Source: an uncultured Clostridia bacterium (GTDB lineage Bacteria; Bacillota; Limnochordia; Limnochordales; Geochordaceae). From it: a stretch of 64,000 nucleotides of DNA. The translations under genes were made by a program, and so were the position numbers. The notes beneath the pieces are model-generated. The model searched no databases and was not told the origin of the DNA. It saw only the letters and a list, made by a program, of their open reading frames with translations. Location: positions 4,513-68,512 of the forward strand of contig CAYQLT010000003.1 of NCBI GenBank assembly GCA_964418425.1, written 5' to 3'. Shown in pieces: positions 52,013 through 61,534 of the stretch; the stretch's first letter is position 1; the number at the start of each line of letters is the position of its first letter.

Positions 52013-55000
52013 TTGGGTGTGTCGGAAGCCCCGGCTCGTAAGGGCGGGCCGGGGCTTCCGGCTGCCCATGCCCTGGCCGTCGGACTGTTCGTGCGGGTGG
52101 CGACGGTATGCGTGGTGGCCGTTTCGGCTGCCGCCGGCGCCTCCGGGTCCGACGACGCCCAGGCGCCTTCCGGACTTCAGGTGAACGGCCTCAAGACCTG
52201 GAGTCTGAAGTACGCCTGGGGCGACCTTCGCGGGCTGGACGACCTGGAAGGCTACCGGGTCAACGAACTGAACCTGGAGCAGTCCCTGGCGGTGGATGTC
52301 ACCGGAAATCTGGCCCCGGGCATGCGGGTGGATGCCCACCTGGACGATCACCAGGCCGGCAACCTGCAACTGCTAACCTTGCGTCTGGACGGAGGCCCGC
52401 TACAAGCCACCTTCGGCGATTTCACCCACACCTCACCCAACCCCTACACGGTCTACGGCAAACGCCTGCGGGGTATGGAACTGAACCTGCGCGTGGGCCC
52501 GGTGGCGGCCCGGCTGGACGTGGCCCGGCTGGAGGGCCTGTCCGCCAGCCGCACCTTCCGGGGAACCTCCGCCGCCGAGCAGGTGGTCTACCGGGCAGGT
52601 GCGGCCTACGCTCCCCGGCGTGAGGCCGGGGGCGTCCTGACCGGCGACTGGCGGGGGCTTGCGCACCTGGCCCTTCGTGAAGCCTTCGATCCGGACTTCA
52701 TGGAGGTCCGGCTGCGCTACGAGGATGCCCGGGGAGAAAGCCTCAAGGCCTACCTGGAACGGCATCTGCTGGGTTTTATCTACCGAGACGCCGACAACCC
52801 CCATGGGGTTCTTGCCGCAGGGGACGCCCTGGCGGTCCCGCCCGGGGCCTATGCGGCCATCCCGCCGGGCGCGGCGCTGGATGCGCCCCAGGGCCAGGCT
52901 TTCCTGGTGCTCAGGCGTGCACCTCTTCAGCTCCTGCGGGACCAGATCCGCCAACTTGTGGTCGAATACACCCGTCGCACCGGGGAGAACCGCCAGTACC
53001 CCTGGGTGGTGGGAAGCCTCGCGGAACTGGACTTCCTGGTGGGACTGCTGCGCGACCATGCTCGTCTGCAAGCCGGGCCCGCCGAACAGCCCGGGAGCAG
53101 CCTCGACGCCCCTCTGCCTGACTGCGAGCTGGAAAACCCCGTTCGCTGCGAAAGGGGCCGATTCTACGATCTGGGACAGCCGCTGGTAACGCCAGGAAGC
53201 GTCCGCATCGTGTTTCACCGGGTCAAAGACGCAGCTCCTGTTCCAGCCGAGCAGATCCCCGGCCTGCGGTGGCGGATTTTGGAAGAGGAAGGGATTCTCA
53301 ACGTCTTTCCCTCTCTTGACGAAACCGCGGCCACGGAGCCGGGGTACCAGGACGTGGAAGTCAGCTATCGCTACACCCTGTCCGGGGGCATCTATTTCCT
53401 GGGCGCAAACCTGGTGCGGGGAAGCGAACGCGTCTACCTCAACGGCCAGCTGCTGCAACGTGGCGTGGACTACCACCTCGACGACGAGCTGGGCGTGCTC
53501 ACCCTTTTCCGGGTTGTCACCCCTTCCGACACCATCCGGGTGGACTATGAGTTCTACGCCGGCCCCCTCGGCGCAGCCCGCCCGTTCAAGACCGACTTTT
53601 TTGCGGCCTCTATCGCCTACGACGCGCCCGCTCCCGGCCGCGCCGGGGAAGCCGATGCGGCGTCGACCCGCCCCGAAGGCCCCGCCCTCTCAGGTGCGCC
53701 GCCTCGGGTACGCCTGGAGGTGGTGCAATCCCGCGACCAGCGCCCGTCGCCTCTCCCGGATGACGTGGCCACCCTGCCCAACACCCACACCGTGGCCGGC
53801 CTGTACACCGCCTTCGCGGTCCCCTGGCCCGAGAGGTCGGATGCAAAGCAAGGGCCGGCCTCTCCTTTCGGCCCGGCGCCGGAGCCGTTGTCCGTTGAGG
53901 TGGCTCTGGGATTGAGCCACGACGAGGCTCCCGTGGACTTGTCTTCCCGCCCGCACCAGCCCAACGCCATCAACGCCCTGATGGCTGACCCCGCTGTCGG
54001 TTTGCTTTTCGTGGGGCACCGGGCAGGGCTCAGCGTAGGGCGAGAGCTGGCGGCGGGCGGCGGCCGGTGGGTCCACTACGGTCCCGGGCAGGGGCTGGGG
54101 GGCCAGAGCGTGCTGTCGGCGGCGGCCACACAGCTGGGATGGCTGTTTGGAACCGAAAGCGGGCTTACCTTTGCTGCGGCCCCCGCTGACGCCCTGGACC
54201 GCGTCGACGCCTGGCAGCGCTACTATCCCTCCAACGGGTTACCCGCGGCACCGGTTCAGGCCCTGGCCGTAGTTGCAGCCCCTCTGGCCGATGAACCGCA
54301 GGTCTGGGTGGGCACCCCGGAGGGCCTGGCTTCGGCTCCCCTCTCGCGGCTTGCCGACGGCTGGCAGGTTTACACCACCCGCACCCATCCGGGGCTGCTC
54401 TCGGACCGCGTGTACGCGCTGGCTTTCGCCGGGGACCGCCTGTTCGTTGGCACCGACCGGGGTCTGGCCCAGGTCGACGGCCGGGACGTGCGGGGCGTGG
54501 ACGGGGTTCCGGCCTCGCTGGAGGGCGCGCCCGTTTGGGCGCTGGCCGTCTCGGCGCGCCCCGGCCGGGAGGCGCTCCTGTTCGTCGCCGGGCCGAAGGG
54601 GCTCTGGCGGTGGGACCTTGCCATGGGAACCTGGGACCCACTCGAGTCCCGCCCTGTGGAGGCCGTCCTCGGCTCGCCCTCCTATGTATGGTACACGGTC
54701 GGCGGTCAGCTCTACGTGGCGCCGGACGAGGCCCCAGAACCCCCAGGCCCGATCCCCGTGACCCGGCCGGACGGAAGCCCGCTGGCGGGGGTCACGTCCC
54801 TGGCGGCAGACCCCTGGCTTACCGGAGCGATCTGGGCCGCTGTGCGGGGACAGGAGGGAAGTGGGCCGGAGCTGTGGCACATCCAGCCGGCCGCGGGGGC
54901 CGGTGACCGCTTCGCCGCCGCCATGACGAAATTGCCTGCCTCCGCCACCGGGATTGCGGCCGAAGACCCGCGGCGCTTCCGTGACCCCGACGTCGTACCC

Positions 55001-56692
55001 GTGCGCCAGGGAGCCGCCGGCCGCCTGCGCTTGAGCCAGCGCTTCGGTCGCCTCACCCTGCAGGGGCTGTACGAAAGTGTGGAGCCGGGCTTCGCCGCCA
55101 TCGGATGGCTCCAGCGGCGAGACGTCGAGCGCTGGCAGCTCGAAGCCCGATACCGGTTCTCTCCCCACCTGGAGGCGCGCGTCGCCCACGGCGTAGCTCG
55201 CGAGGCCCTGCGCGCCCTTGACACCCTTCCGGTGGCCGGGCAGGCCACGATACCCACCGGCGCTTCGCCGCCTTCGCCCTCCATCACCCGCACGGAGCTT
55301 CTCGGCCTGGGATGGTCGCCCGACCCACTCCCGGACGCATCCGGCTGGCCGTGGGGGGAGCTGTCGCCCGATAGTTTCCTGTGGCCATTGGGGGGGACTT
55401 TGGCCGACGACGCGGTCCGGCCCCTGACCCCCCAGAACCCAAGGGGGGTAAGCCTCACCCTCGCGCAAGCCCGCGTCGACGACCGTCTCGACCGTCCGGG
55501 GTCGGAGAAGCAGATCGACCACCTGCGCCTGAGCGCGCGCACCCAATGGCTGGAAGGACGGGCGGACGCGGGACTTATCCTGGACGCGGAGTTCTTGCAG
55601 GATCTTCCGATGCCGCCTGCGTCCCGACGGCGCTATCACGTGGCGGCTGCCATGGCCTGGAGACCGCTGGATGGCCTTGAGATCCGGACCGAGTACGCGC
55701 GCCCGGTGGTCTACTACGGCCCGAGTCCCGGCTACGGCCTGAGTCTCAGTTACAGCCCGAGTTCGGGCGCGTCGGCCGGGCTGCCCGACGCAGCCTCCCC
55801 TTCCCCCCGGGTGCAGGGCGACGAGCAGTTTCGCTGGGAGCTGCAGGCCCAGCTCTCCCCCGGAAGCGTACGGCTTGCCCCGAGTTACCGGGAGTTTCAC
55901 CGGGTCCCGGTGGGCGAGCCGGCCGGGCAGCCGGAGGAGCATCACCGCCGCTTCGCCCTGGAGGCCACCCTACAAACCTGGCGCGCCGGAGCGCTCAGCC
56001 TGTCCCCTTCCGCCCGGCTGACGTGGAGCGACTACCGGCCCTCGCCCGCTCGCCTGGCGGAGCGCTCGGAAGCCCTGGGCAGCCAGCTTTCGCTGGATCT
56101 GCGCGGCGGACCTCTTGAGGCTCGCGCCAGCTTCGAGCAGGCGGCGACCCGATATCCGGGCCAGGAGAAAGAGCAGCGCCAGCAGTGGCTGGCGCTGGAA
56201 GCCCGGATGCGGTGGTCTTCCGCGCTGACGCAACGTCTGCTCTACCGGATCCACCACGAGCGCTCCGTCTCGCCTCGCTTCGGAGACCAGCGCCTGTTCT
56301 CCACCCAGCTCCAGGGACGCCTGGAGTGGCAGCCTGCGTCGTGGTGGACGCTGGCCCTGACCGCCGGCACGGAAGGTAGCACCTCTTCCGGAGCCCGCTC
56401 CTCCCCCACCGATGTGACAAGCCAGTTCGCCCGGGCGGAGGCGGAGCTGGCCCTCTCCTCTGCCACCACCCTTACCCTCAGCGTGGGAAGGCTGCGACGC
56501 GCCGGGCTGGAGCGCGGAGCTGCGGTGGACCGGCGCACCACCAGCTGGACAGCGACCGGACGCTACCTACCCGCACCCGGCTGGGAGGCCGCGCTCACAG
56601 CGGGCGTGGTGAGCGGGGCACAGGGTTCGGGAGACGACGCGGGCGGGTATTTTACCCCGTTTGCCGGTCTTGACGTGCGCGTGGCGTTCTAG
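52013..56692 (+). CDS. giant (1559 aa) outer-membrane-associated protein: SprA_N-like N-region, propeller-like middle, beta-barrel C-region ending in Phe
   Basis: TTG start after GGGGGAGGGGG, with an N-terminal hydrophobic segment. The N-region reads LNLEQSLAVDVTGNLAPGMRVDAHLDD...LQATFGDF...VYGKRLRGMELNLRVG...GLSASRTFRG. The middle has blades such as VYALAFAGDRLFVGTDRGLAQVDG. The last roughly 500 aa are amphipathic strands ending FAGLDVRVAF. Confidence 0.7.
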   Translation: MGVSEAPARKGGPGLPAAHALAVGLFVRVATVCVVAVSAAAGASGSDDAQAPSGLQVNGLKTWSLKYAWGDLRGLDDLEGYRVNELNLEQSLAVDVTGNLAPGMRVDAHLDDHQAGNLQLLTLRLDGGPLQATFGDFTHTSPNPYTVYGKRLRGMELNLRVGPVAARLDVARLEGLSASRTFRGTSAAEQVVYRAGAAYAPRREAGGVLTGDWRGLAHLALREAFDPDFMEVRLRYEDARGESLKAYLERHLLGFIYRDADNPHGVLAAGDALAVPPGAYAAIPPGAALDAPQGQAFLVLRRAPLQLLRDQIRQLVVEYTRRTGENRQYPWVVGSLAELDFLVGLLRDHARLQAGPAEQPGSSLDAPLPDCELENPVRCERGRFYDLGQPLVTPGSVRIVFHRVKDAAPVPAEQIPGLRWRILEEEGILNVFPSLDETAATEPGYQDVEVSYRYTLSGGIYFLGANLVRGSERVYLNGQLLQRGVDYHLDDELGVLTLFRVVTPSDTIRVDYEFYAGPLGAARPFKTDFFAASIAYDAPAPGRAGEADAASTRPEGPALSGAPPRVRLEVVQSRDQRPSPLPDDVATLPNTHTVAGLYTAFAVPWPERSDAKQGPASPFGPAPEPLSVEVALGLSHDEAPVDLSSRPHQPNAINALMADPAVGLLFVGHRAGLSVGRELAAGGGRWVHYGPGQGLGGQSVLSAAATQLGWLFGTESGLTFAAAPADALDRVDAWQRYYPSNGLPAAPVQALAVVAAPLADEPQVWVGTPEGLASAPLSRLADGWQVYTTRTHPGLLSDRVYALAFAGDRLFVGTDRGLAQVDGRDVRGVDGVPASLEGAPVWALAVSARPGREALLFVAGPKGLWRWDLAMGTWDPLESRPVEAVLGSPSYVWYTVGGQLYVAPDEAPEPPGPIPVTRPDGSPLAGVTSLAADPWLTGAIWAAVRGQEGSGPELWHIQPAAGAGDRFAAAMTKLPASATGIAAEDPRRFRDPDVVPVRQGAAGRLRLSQRFGRLTLQGLYESVEPGFAAIGWLQRRDVERWQLEARYRFSPHLEARVAHGVAREALRALDTLPVAGQATIPTGASPPSPSITRTELLGLGWSPDPLPDASGWPWGELSPDSFLWPLGGTLADDAVRPLTPQNPRGVSLTLAQARVDDRLDRPGSEKQIDHLRLSARTQWLEGRADAGLILDAEFLQDLPMPPASRRRYHVAAAMAWRPLDGLEIRTEYARPVVYYGPSPGYGLSLSYSPSSGASAGLPDAASPSPRVQGDEQFRWELQAQLSPGSVRLAPSYREFHRVPVGEPAGQPEEHHRRFALEATLQTWRAGALSLSPSARLTWSDYRPSPARLAERSEALGSQLSLDLRGGPLEARASFEQAATRYPGQEKEQRQQWLALEARMRWSSALTQRLLYRIHHERSVSPRFGDQRLFSTQLQGRLEWQPASWWTLALTAGTEGSTSSGARSSPTDVTSQFARAEAELALSSATTLTLSVGRLRRAGLERGAAVDRRTTSWTATGRYLPAPGWEAALTAGVVSGAQGSGDDAGGYFTPFAGLDVRVAF

Positions 56693-56705
56693 CGGCCGGG
56701 GAACA

Positions 56706-59700
56706 GTGGATAACGGCTCGCTTCGGCGCCTGGAGAAGCCCCCGCGATTCCGGCCCGTGCTGGCAGGTTGCTGGCGAGGCCCCCAGGAATTTTCAACGCG
56801 GAACAGGCTGTCGTCGGTGAAGCGGTCAGGCTCCTCCAGGTATTTTCAGTTGTTCCGGCCGGCGCTCGAGTGGGGGCCGGAGGCCGTGGTGCGGCCTCGT
56901 CTGCTCAAGCCGCTGGAGGCCGCCTGGCGCCACAGCTCCCTGGTGCTCGTCTGGGGGTTCGCCGGACTGGGGAAGACCTGGCTGGTACGACAGCTATGCG
57001 GTCGCCTGGGCGAGTCGGCCATGTGCCTGTGGCGTACGGCCGGCCCGGAGGATGCCGACGGGCGGTGGCTGGCAGGTCGCATCCGCGATGCTCTCGGTGA
57101 GCTTGTGCCCCTGCTTCGACACCGCGAGGCGCCCCCGGCGCAGGCGGACCTGGAAGCGCTGGCCATGGATCTGGCCGACGCGTGTACCGAGGCCCTGCGC
57201 CGCGACGTGCTCCTGGTGCTGGACGATTTCCATCTCACCTACGACCCGGCCGCCAGGGCGTCCTGCGGGCAGGCGTTCGTCACGCTGCTGGCGGAGCAAG
57301 CGCCACCCCAGCTGCACCTCATCGCGGTCGCACGCGGTGCGGACTTCCTGTCCCTGGGGTCGCTGGCCTCTCGGGGGAGGCTGTTCGAGTGCGGGCCAAC
57401 CTCTCTTCGATGGACGGCGGCGGAGCTGGGGGAGCTCATCGAGCGGCTGGCTGGCCGGCCCGCCGACGCGCAGGAAGCAGAGGCAGTCTGCCGCTGGTCG
57501 GGCGGGCTTGTGGAGCCCGTGGCAGCGGCGCTGAGAGCCGGGCCCGGGGTTCTGGAGGCCGCAGTAGCCCATTTTCGTGGGACGACGCCCCTAAGCGCAC
57601 CGTCTGCCGCACTGTACCCGGCCACGGCGTCGCTGCAGACCATCCTCGCCCGCCTGCCGGCCAACATGGCGTCATTCATCCAGCGCTGCGCCCTGGCTCC
57701 CCAGCTGACTCCCGAGGTGGCTGCGTCGCTATCGGGCATGAGCGAGGCACAAGCCCGGGCGCTGCTCCACGAGCTGGCCCGTGGGGGCGGACTGCTGGAG
57801 GTGCTTCCCGGCGAGGAGCGGTTCCGCTTTCACGAGATGTGGCGGCAGGCGGTTCGCAACCTCTTGCTGGTGCGCGGCGGGCGGGCGGCACTGGCAGAGG
57901 CTTGCCGGAGGACCGCAGCCGCCATGAAGGCTGCCGGCCATCCCGAAGCGGCCGTGGACCTCCTGCTGGACGGGGGGCAGTGGGAGCAGGCGGCCGACGC
58001 CACCGCGGCGCTGGTCCTCCCCCTGCTGGAGCAAAACCTCCATCGCCGCCTGTGGCGCTGGATCGAGGCCCTTCCCCACGAAGCCTGCCAGCGCCATCTG
58101 GGGTTGTTCTCCCTGGCCAGGGGAGTCGCCCTGCGCCACGAAGGCCGCCTGGAAGAGGCCGAGAGAGCTTTGGAGCAGGCCGAGCGGGCGGGAGCTCCTC
58201 CTGTACGCTGCCTGCTCGCCCGGGCCGATGTGGCCGCTGCCCGGGGCGAGTATGACCGCTGCGCCGAACTGGCCATGCAGGCTGTTCGTCTCCTGCCCGC
58301 TTCTGGAAGCTCGGAGCCCCGCTGCGAACGCGAGGGCGAGGCATTCACAGGTCCCCCTGCCAGCCCCGGGCCTCCAGCCTCGTACGAGGCGGCACGGATC
58401 CTGGAACTGGCGGCAATGCGCCTGTGGTACCGGGGCGAGCGCTCCCAGGCGGCCGAACTGCTGGGCCGGGCGCTGGAGGGCTACCGGCTGGCCAGAGCGA
58501 GGCCCCAACAGGCGTTTTGCATGGTGCTGCTGGCCCTCACCGAGCACGAGCCGGCAGGCCGGTTTCGGCACATCCTGGACGTCATCCGGGCCGCCCGAGA
58601 AGTGGCCCCCGATGACCCGGGCGGGGTGCTCTCGTATTACGAAGCCTCCACCTGGCACTGTCTGGGTGAGTACGAACGGGCGGAGCCCCTCTACATGGAG
58701 GCTCTGCGAGCCTGCCGGGAGACGGGAAACCTCAGTCTGGAGAGCCTGGCCGTGGCCAAGACGGGGCTGCTGGCTGCCGAGCGCCACCGTCTGCACGAAG
58801 CCCGGGAACGGCTCCTCGAGGCTCGCCGGCTTTTAGAAGGGCTGGGCGAACCCATGCGGCTGGCCAACGTCCACTGGGGCCTGAGCCTGGTCTACCGCAT
58901 GGAAGGCGAGGCGTCGCAGGCCGCCGCCCACGCCCGGGAAGACCTGCGCCTGATGGAAAAGCTCGGCTTCGAGGTCTACGTGGCCGAATCGCAGCTCAAC
59001 CTGGCCTTCTGTGCCCTGGCCGCCCAGGATCTGGCATCGGCCTGCGAACTGCTGGAGCGCGCCCGCGAGGCCCTAACCCGCTGGCAGTCTGCCCATAACC
59101 TGACCCTGTGGAACCTGGCCCGGGCGGCCTGGCTCAAGGCCTCTCTGCCACCCGGCCCGGGCCGGGAACAAGGGGTGGACGCCTGCCTGCAGGCGGCGCT
59201 GCGCCTGTCCGAAGCGGGTGGGTACCGGTTTGCCTGGAGGCGGGAGGCGGCCATCTGCCGGTTGTTGCTGGAGGACTATCTGCGCCGCCATCCTGGAGAC
59301 ACCTACGCCCGGGCCGCGTGGGCCGAGGCGGCTGCGCAGCCCCTGGGGCCCTCGGAGGAAGCGCCGTGGCGGCTCCTGTTCGGGCTCGATGGCGAAGCGC
59401 CCGCCCCCGCACCGGCGCGCGAGGCGCCGGCCCCGGCACGCGTGGTCGTCCGCCTGCTGGGGGCCTTTGAGCTGCGGGTGGGCGACCGGCCGGTGCCGTG
59501 GGGGAGCTGGCGCAGCAAGGCTGTTCGGCTGCTGCAGTTTCTGCTGCTGCGCTTTGGTCGCTGGGTGCCCACCGACGAACTGCTGGAACGGTTCTGGCCG
59601 GCGGTTGAGCCCGCTGCCGGCAAGCGTGCACTGGCCGTGACCGTTCACTACCTTCGCCGCCAGCTGGCCCCCTGGGGCCTGCGGGACCTGGTGCAATCCC

Positions 59701-60206
59701 GCAAAGGTAGCTACCGGGCCTCGGAGGCCGGGCTGGCGGGGCTTGAAGTTCAGGTGGACTTGCGGGAGCTGTCAAGCCTCCTGGGGAGCCTGCGCCGACA
59801 GTTCGATGGCAGCAAGGTGGAACAGCTTCTCGGGCTGTACCGGGGCGACCTGTTGCAGGAAAGCCCCTACGAAGAGTGGCTGGACCCCGAACGAGCCGCC
59901 CTGCGCGAAGAGGTGGTGCAGGTGGCCGAAGCTGCCGCCCAAAAGGCCCTCGAGGATCGCCAGTACGCCCGGGCCCGCCAGCTGGCCGGTCGGGCCCTGG
60001 AGCTGGACCCCCTGCGGGAGACGCTGCACCGCGTGCTGATCAGCGCGCTGCACGCCGAGGGCCGCCGCTCCGAAGCAGTTCGGCAGTTTCGGGCCTGCCG
60101 ACGGCTGCTTCGCCGCCAGCTGGGAGTCGCACCCGAACGGGAGACGGTAGAGCTGGTGCAGCGCATCCTGGACGGCAAGGCGCCGGGACGCCGGGCGGCC
60201 TCCTGA
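56706..60206 (+). CDS. large STAND-type NTPase / TPR regulator with a C-terminal SARP (OmpR-type wHTH + BTAD) module
   Basis: P-loop LVWGFAGLGKTWLV, Walker B VLLVLDDFH, and about 600 aa of helical/TPR repeats. The C-terminus is VVVRLLGAFELRVGDRPVP...AVRLLQFLLL...ELLERFWP, then LYRGDLLQESPYEEWLDPERAALRE. The start is uncertain (TTG 56661, GTG 56706 or later). Confidence 0.8.
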   Translation: MDNGSLRRLEKPPRFRPVLAGCWRGPQEFSTRNRLSSVKRSGSSRYFQLFRPALEWGPEAVVRPRLLKPLEAAWRHSSLVLVWGFAGLGKTWLVRQLCGRLGESAMCLWRTAGPEDADGRWLAGRIRDALGELVPLLRHREAPPAQADLEALAMDLADACTEALRRDVLLVLDDFHLTYDPAARASCGQAFVTLLAEQAPPQLHLIAVARGADFLSLGSLASRGRLFECGPTSLRWTAAELGELIERLAGRPADAQEAEAVCRWSGGLVEPVAAALRAGPGVLEAAVAHFRGTTPLSAPSAALYPATASLQTILARLPANMASFIQRCALAPQLTPEVAASLSGMSEAQARALLHELARGGGLLEVLPGEERFRFHEMWRQAVRNLLLVRGGRAALAEACRRTAAAMKAAGHPEAAVDLLLDGGQWEQAADATAALVLPLLEQNLHRRLWRWIEALPHEACQRHLGLFSLARGVALRHEGRLEEAERALEQAERAGAPPVRCLLARADVAAARGEYDRCAELAMQAVRLLPASGSSEPRCEREGEAFTGPPASPGPPASYEAARILELAAMRLWYRGERSQAAELLGRALEGYRLARARPQQAFCMVLLALTEHEPAGRFRHILDVIRAAREVAPDDPGGVLSYYEASTWHCLGEYERAEPLYMEALRACRETGNLSLESLAVAKTGLLAAERHRLHEARERLLEARRLLEGLGEPMRLANVHWGLSLVYRMEGEASQAAAHAREDLRLMEKLGFEVYVAESQLNLAFCALAAQDLASACELLERAREALTRWQSAHNLTLWNLARAAWLKASLPPGPGREQGVDACLQAALRLSEAGGYRFAWRREAAICRLLLEDYLRRHPGDTYARAAWAEAAAQPLGPSEEAPWRLLFGLDGEAPAPAPAREAPAPARVVVRLLGAFELRVGDRPVPWGSWRSKAVRLLQFLLLRFGRWVPTDELLERFWPAVEPAAGKRALAVTVHYLRRQLAPWGLRDLVQSRKGSYRASEAGLAGLEVQVDLRELSSLLGSLRRQFDGSKVEQLLGLYRGDLLQESPYEEWLDPERAALREEVVQVAEAAAQKALEDRQYARARQLAGRALELDPLRETLHRVLISALHAEGRRSEAVRQFRACRRLLRRQLGVAPERETVELVQRILDGKAPGRRAAS

Positions 60207-60351
60207 GGGCCCGCTCCCTGCGTCGAAGGTCTGGGAAACGCCGCCGGGGACGGACGAATGTCCCGAAGACTGGGGCACCCTTCCATTACACCTTCCCGCA
60301 GTAGCCGGGCCCCCGGATCCCGAACCATCGAGGTGGAGAGGAGGGGCCTTC

Positions 60352-61515
60352 GTGACAGGTCGGATGCGCCTGACCGCTGTGGCCTCGCTGGCGCTGCTTC
60401 TCGTTGCCGGGATCAGCCTCGCGCTGGCGTGGTTTCTCCCGGCCGCAGTAGGGGCCAGCACAGAGGATCCCGAGGCCCAGTGGATGGTCTCGGGGCATTC
60501 GAACGAAGAGCGGGTCCACGAGACGTCTCTCGTAGAGGTCCGAGGGGCAACCGCCGCGCACTGCGGCCGTTGCCACTCCGAACAAGGGTTTGTTGCGTGG
60601 GTGCCGCAGTTGAAGGCCGGAAACCCGGGCCTTCTGGCGGGGCCCGACGGAAAGCCGGCCACGGTGGAACACCTGAAGAGCCTCGGGCTGACGGCCGACA
60701 CCGCCCGACCCATCACATGCGACGCGTGCCACACGGAGACCTACGAAACCCGGATCCGCGACTCGACCCCGATGCTGCCAGCGGGCTTCCAGGCGTCGGG
60801 AGTTGGAGCCGGAGCGCTGTGCATGACGTGCCACAACACCCGCAACGGACGCATTGAGTGGAACGTGGCCGACGTGAAGCGGTACACCGCGCCGCACCAC
60901 TCCGCGCAGGCGGACGTCATCATGGGTCAAAACGTGTACTTCCTGGACTTCGGCGCGGCCGACATGGTGTCGCCCCACGCGGCCTTCGTGGGCGACTCGT
61001 GCGTGACCTGCCACCTGGAGCTGGGCAAAAACGGGCACGAGTTCAAGCCGTCCGAGCAGGTATGCGCCAACTGCCACGGGCCGCAGCTGACCCCGGAGCG
61101 GGTTCAGAAGCCGGTGAAGGGACTGCTCGCCGAAGTGATGCAGGCCTTCAACAACCGGTTCCTGGCCCTCTACGCCGGCAAGGTCGCCCGGGCAGACCTC
61201 TGGGATCCCGAAACCGACCAGACGACCCGGGGTGCCAGCCTGAACGGGGCGGAGATCCGCTCGGTCGAGCTGTTGGGCATCCATGGCCAGATGGGCCTGA
61301 AGATGACCATGGCCGACGGGCGTGAGCTGTACAGCCAGCTGGGCGGCCTCAAGGACAGCGCCGGCAAGCCCGTTGTGCCCACCACCGACCCGCTGGTCAA
61401 GGCCGGGTGGAACTACCTGCTGGTGCTGTGGGATGGTTCCTACGGCGTGCACAACCCGAGCTTTGCCCGCACGGTGCTGCTCACGACCATCGGGGAGCTG
61501 AAGACCGGCCGCTGA
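60352..61515 (+). CDS. membrane-anchored pentahaem c-type cytochrome
   Basis: GTG start after GGAGAGGAGG, with a signal anchor LTAVASLALLLVAGISLALA. It has five CxxCH motifs (CGRCH, CDACH, CMTCH, CVTCH, CANCH). Confidence 0.85.
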   Translation: MTGRMRLTAVASLALLLVAGISLALAWFLPAAVGASTEDPEAQWMVSGHSNEERVHETSLVEVRGATAAHCGRCHSEQGFVAWVPQLKAGNPGLLAGPDGKPATVEHLKSLGLTADTARPITCDACHTETYETRIRDSTPMLPAGFQASGVGAGALCMTCHNTRNGRIEWNVADVKRYTAPHHSAQADVIMGQNVYFLDFGAADMVSPHAAFVGDSCVTCHLELGKNGHEFKPSEQVCANCHGPQLTPERVQKPVKGLLAEVMQAFNNRFLALYAGKVARADLWDPETDQTTRGASLNGAEIRSVELLGIHGQMGLKMTMADGRELYSQLGGLKDSAGKPVVPTTDPLVKAGWNYLLVLWDGSYGVHNPSFARTVLLTTIGELKTGR

Positions 61516-61534
61516 GCGTCGACCGGGAAGGCGG

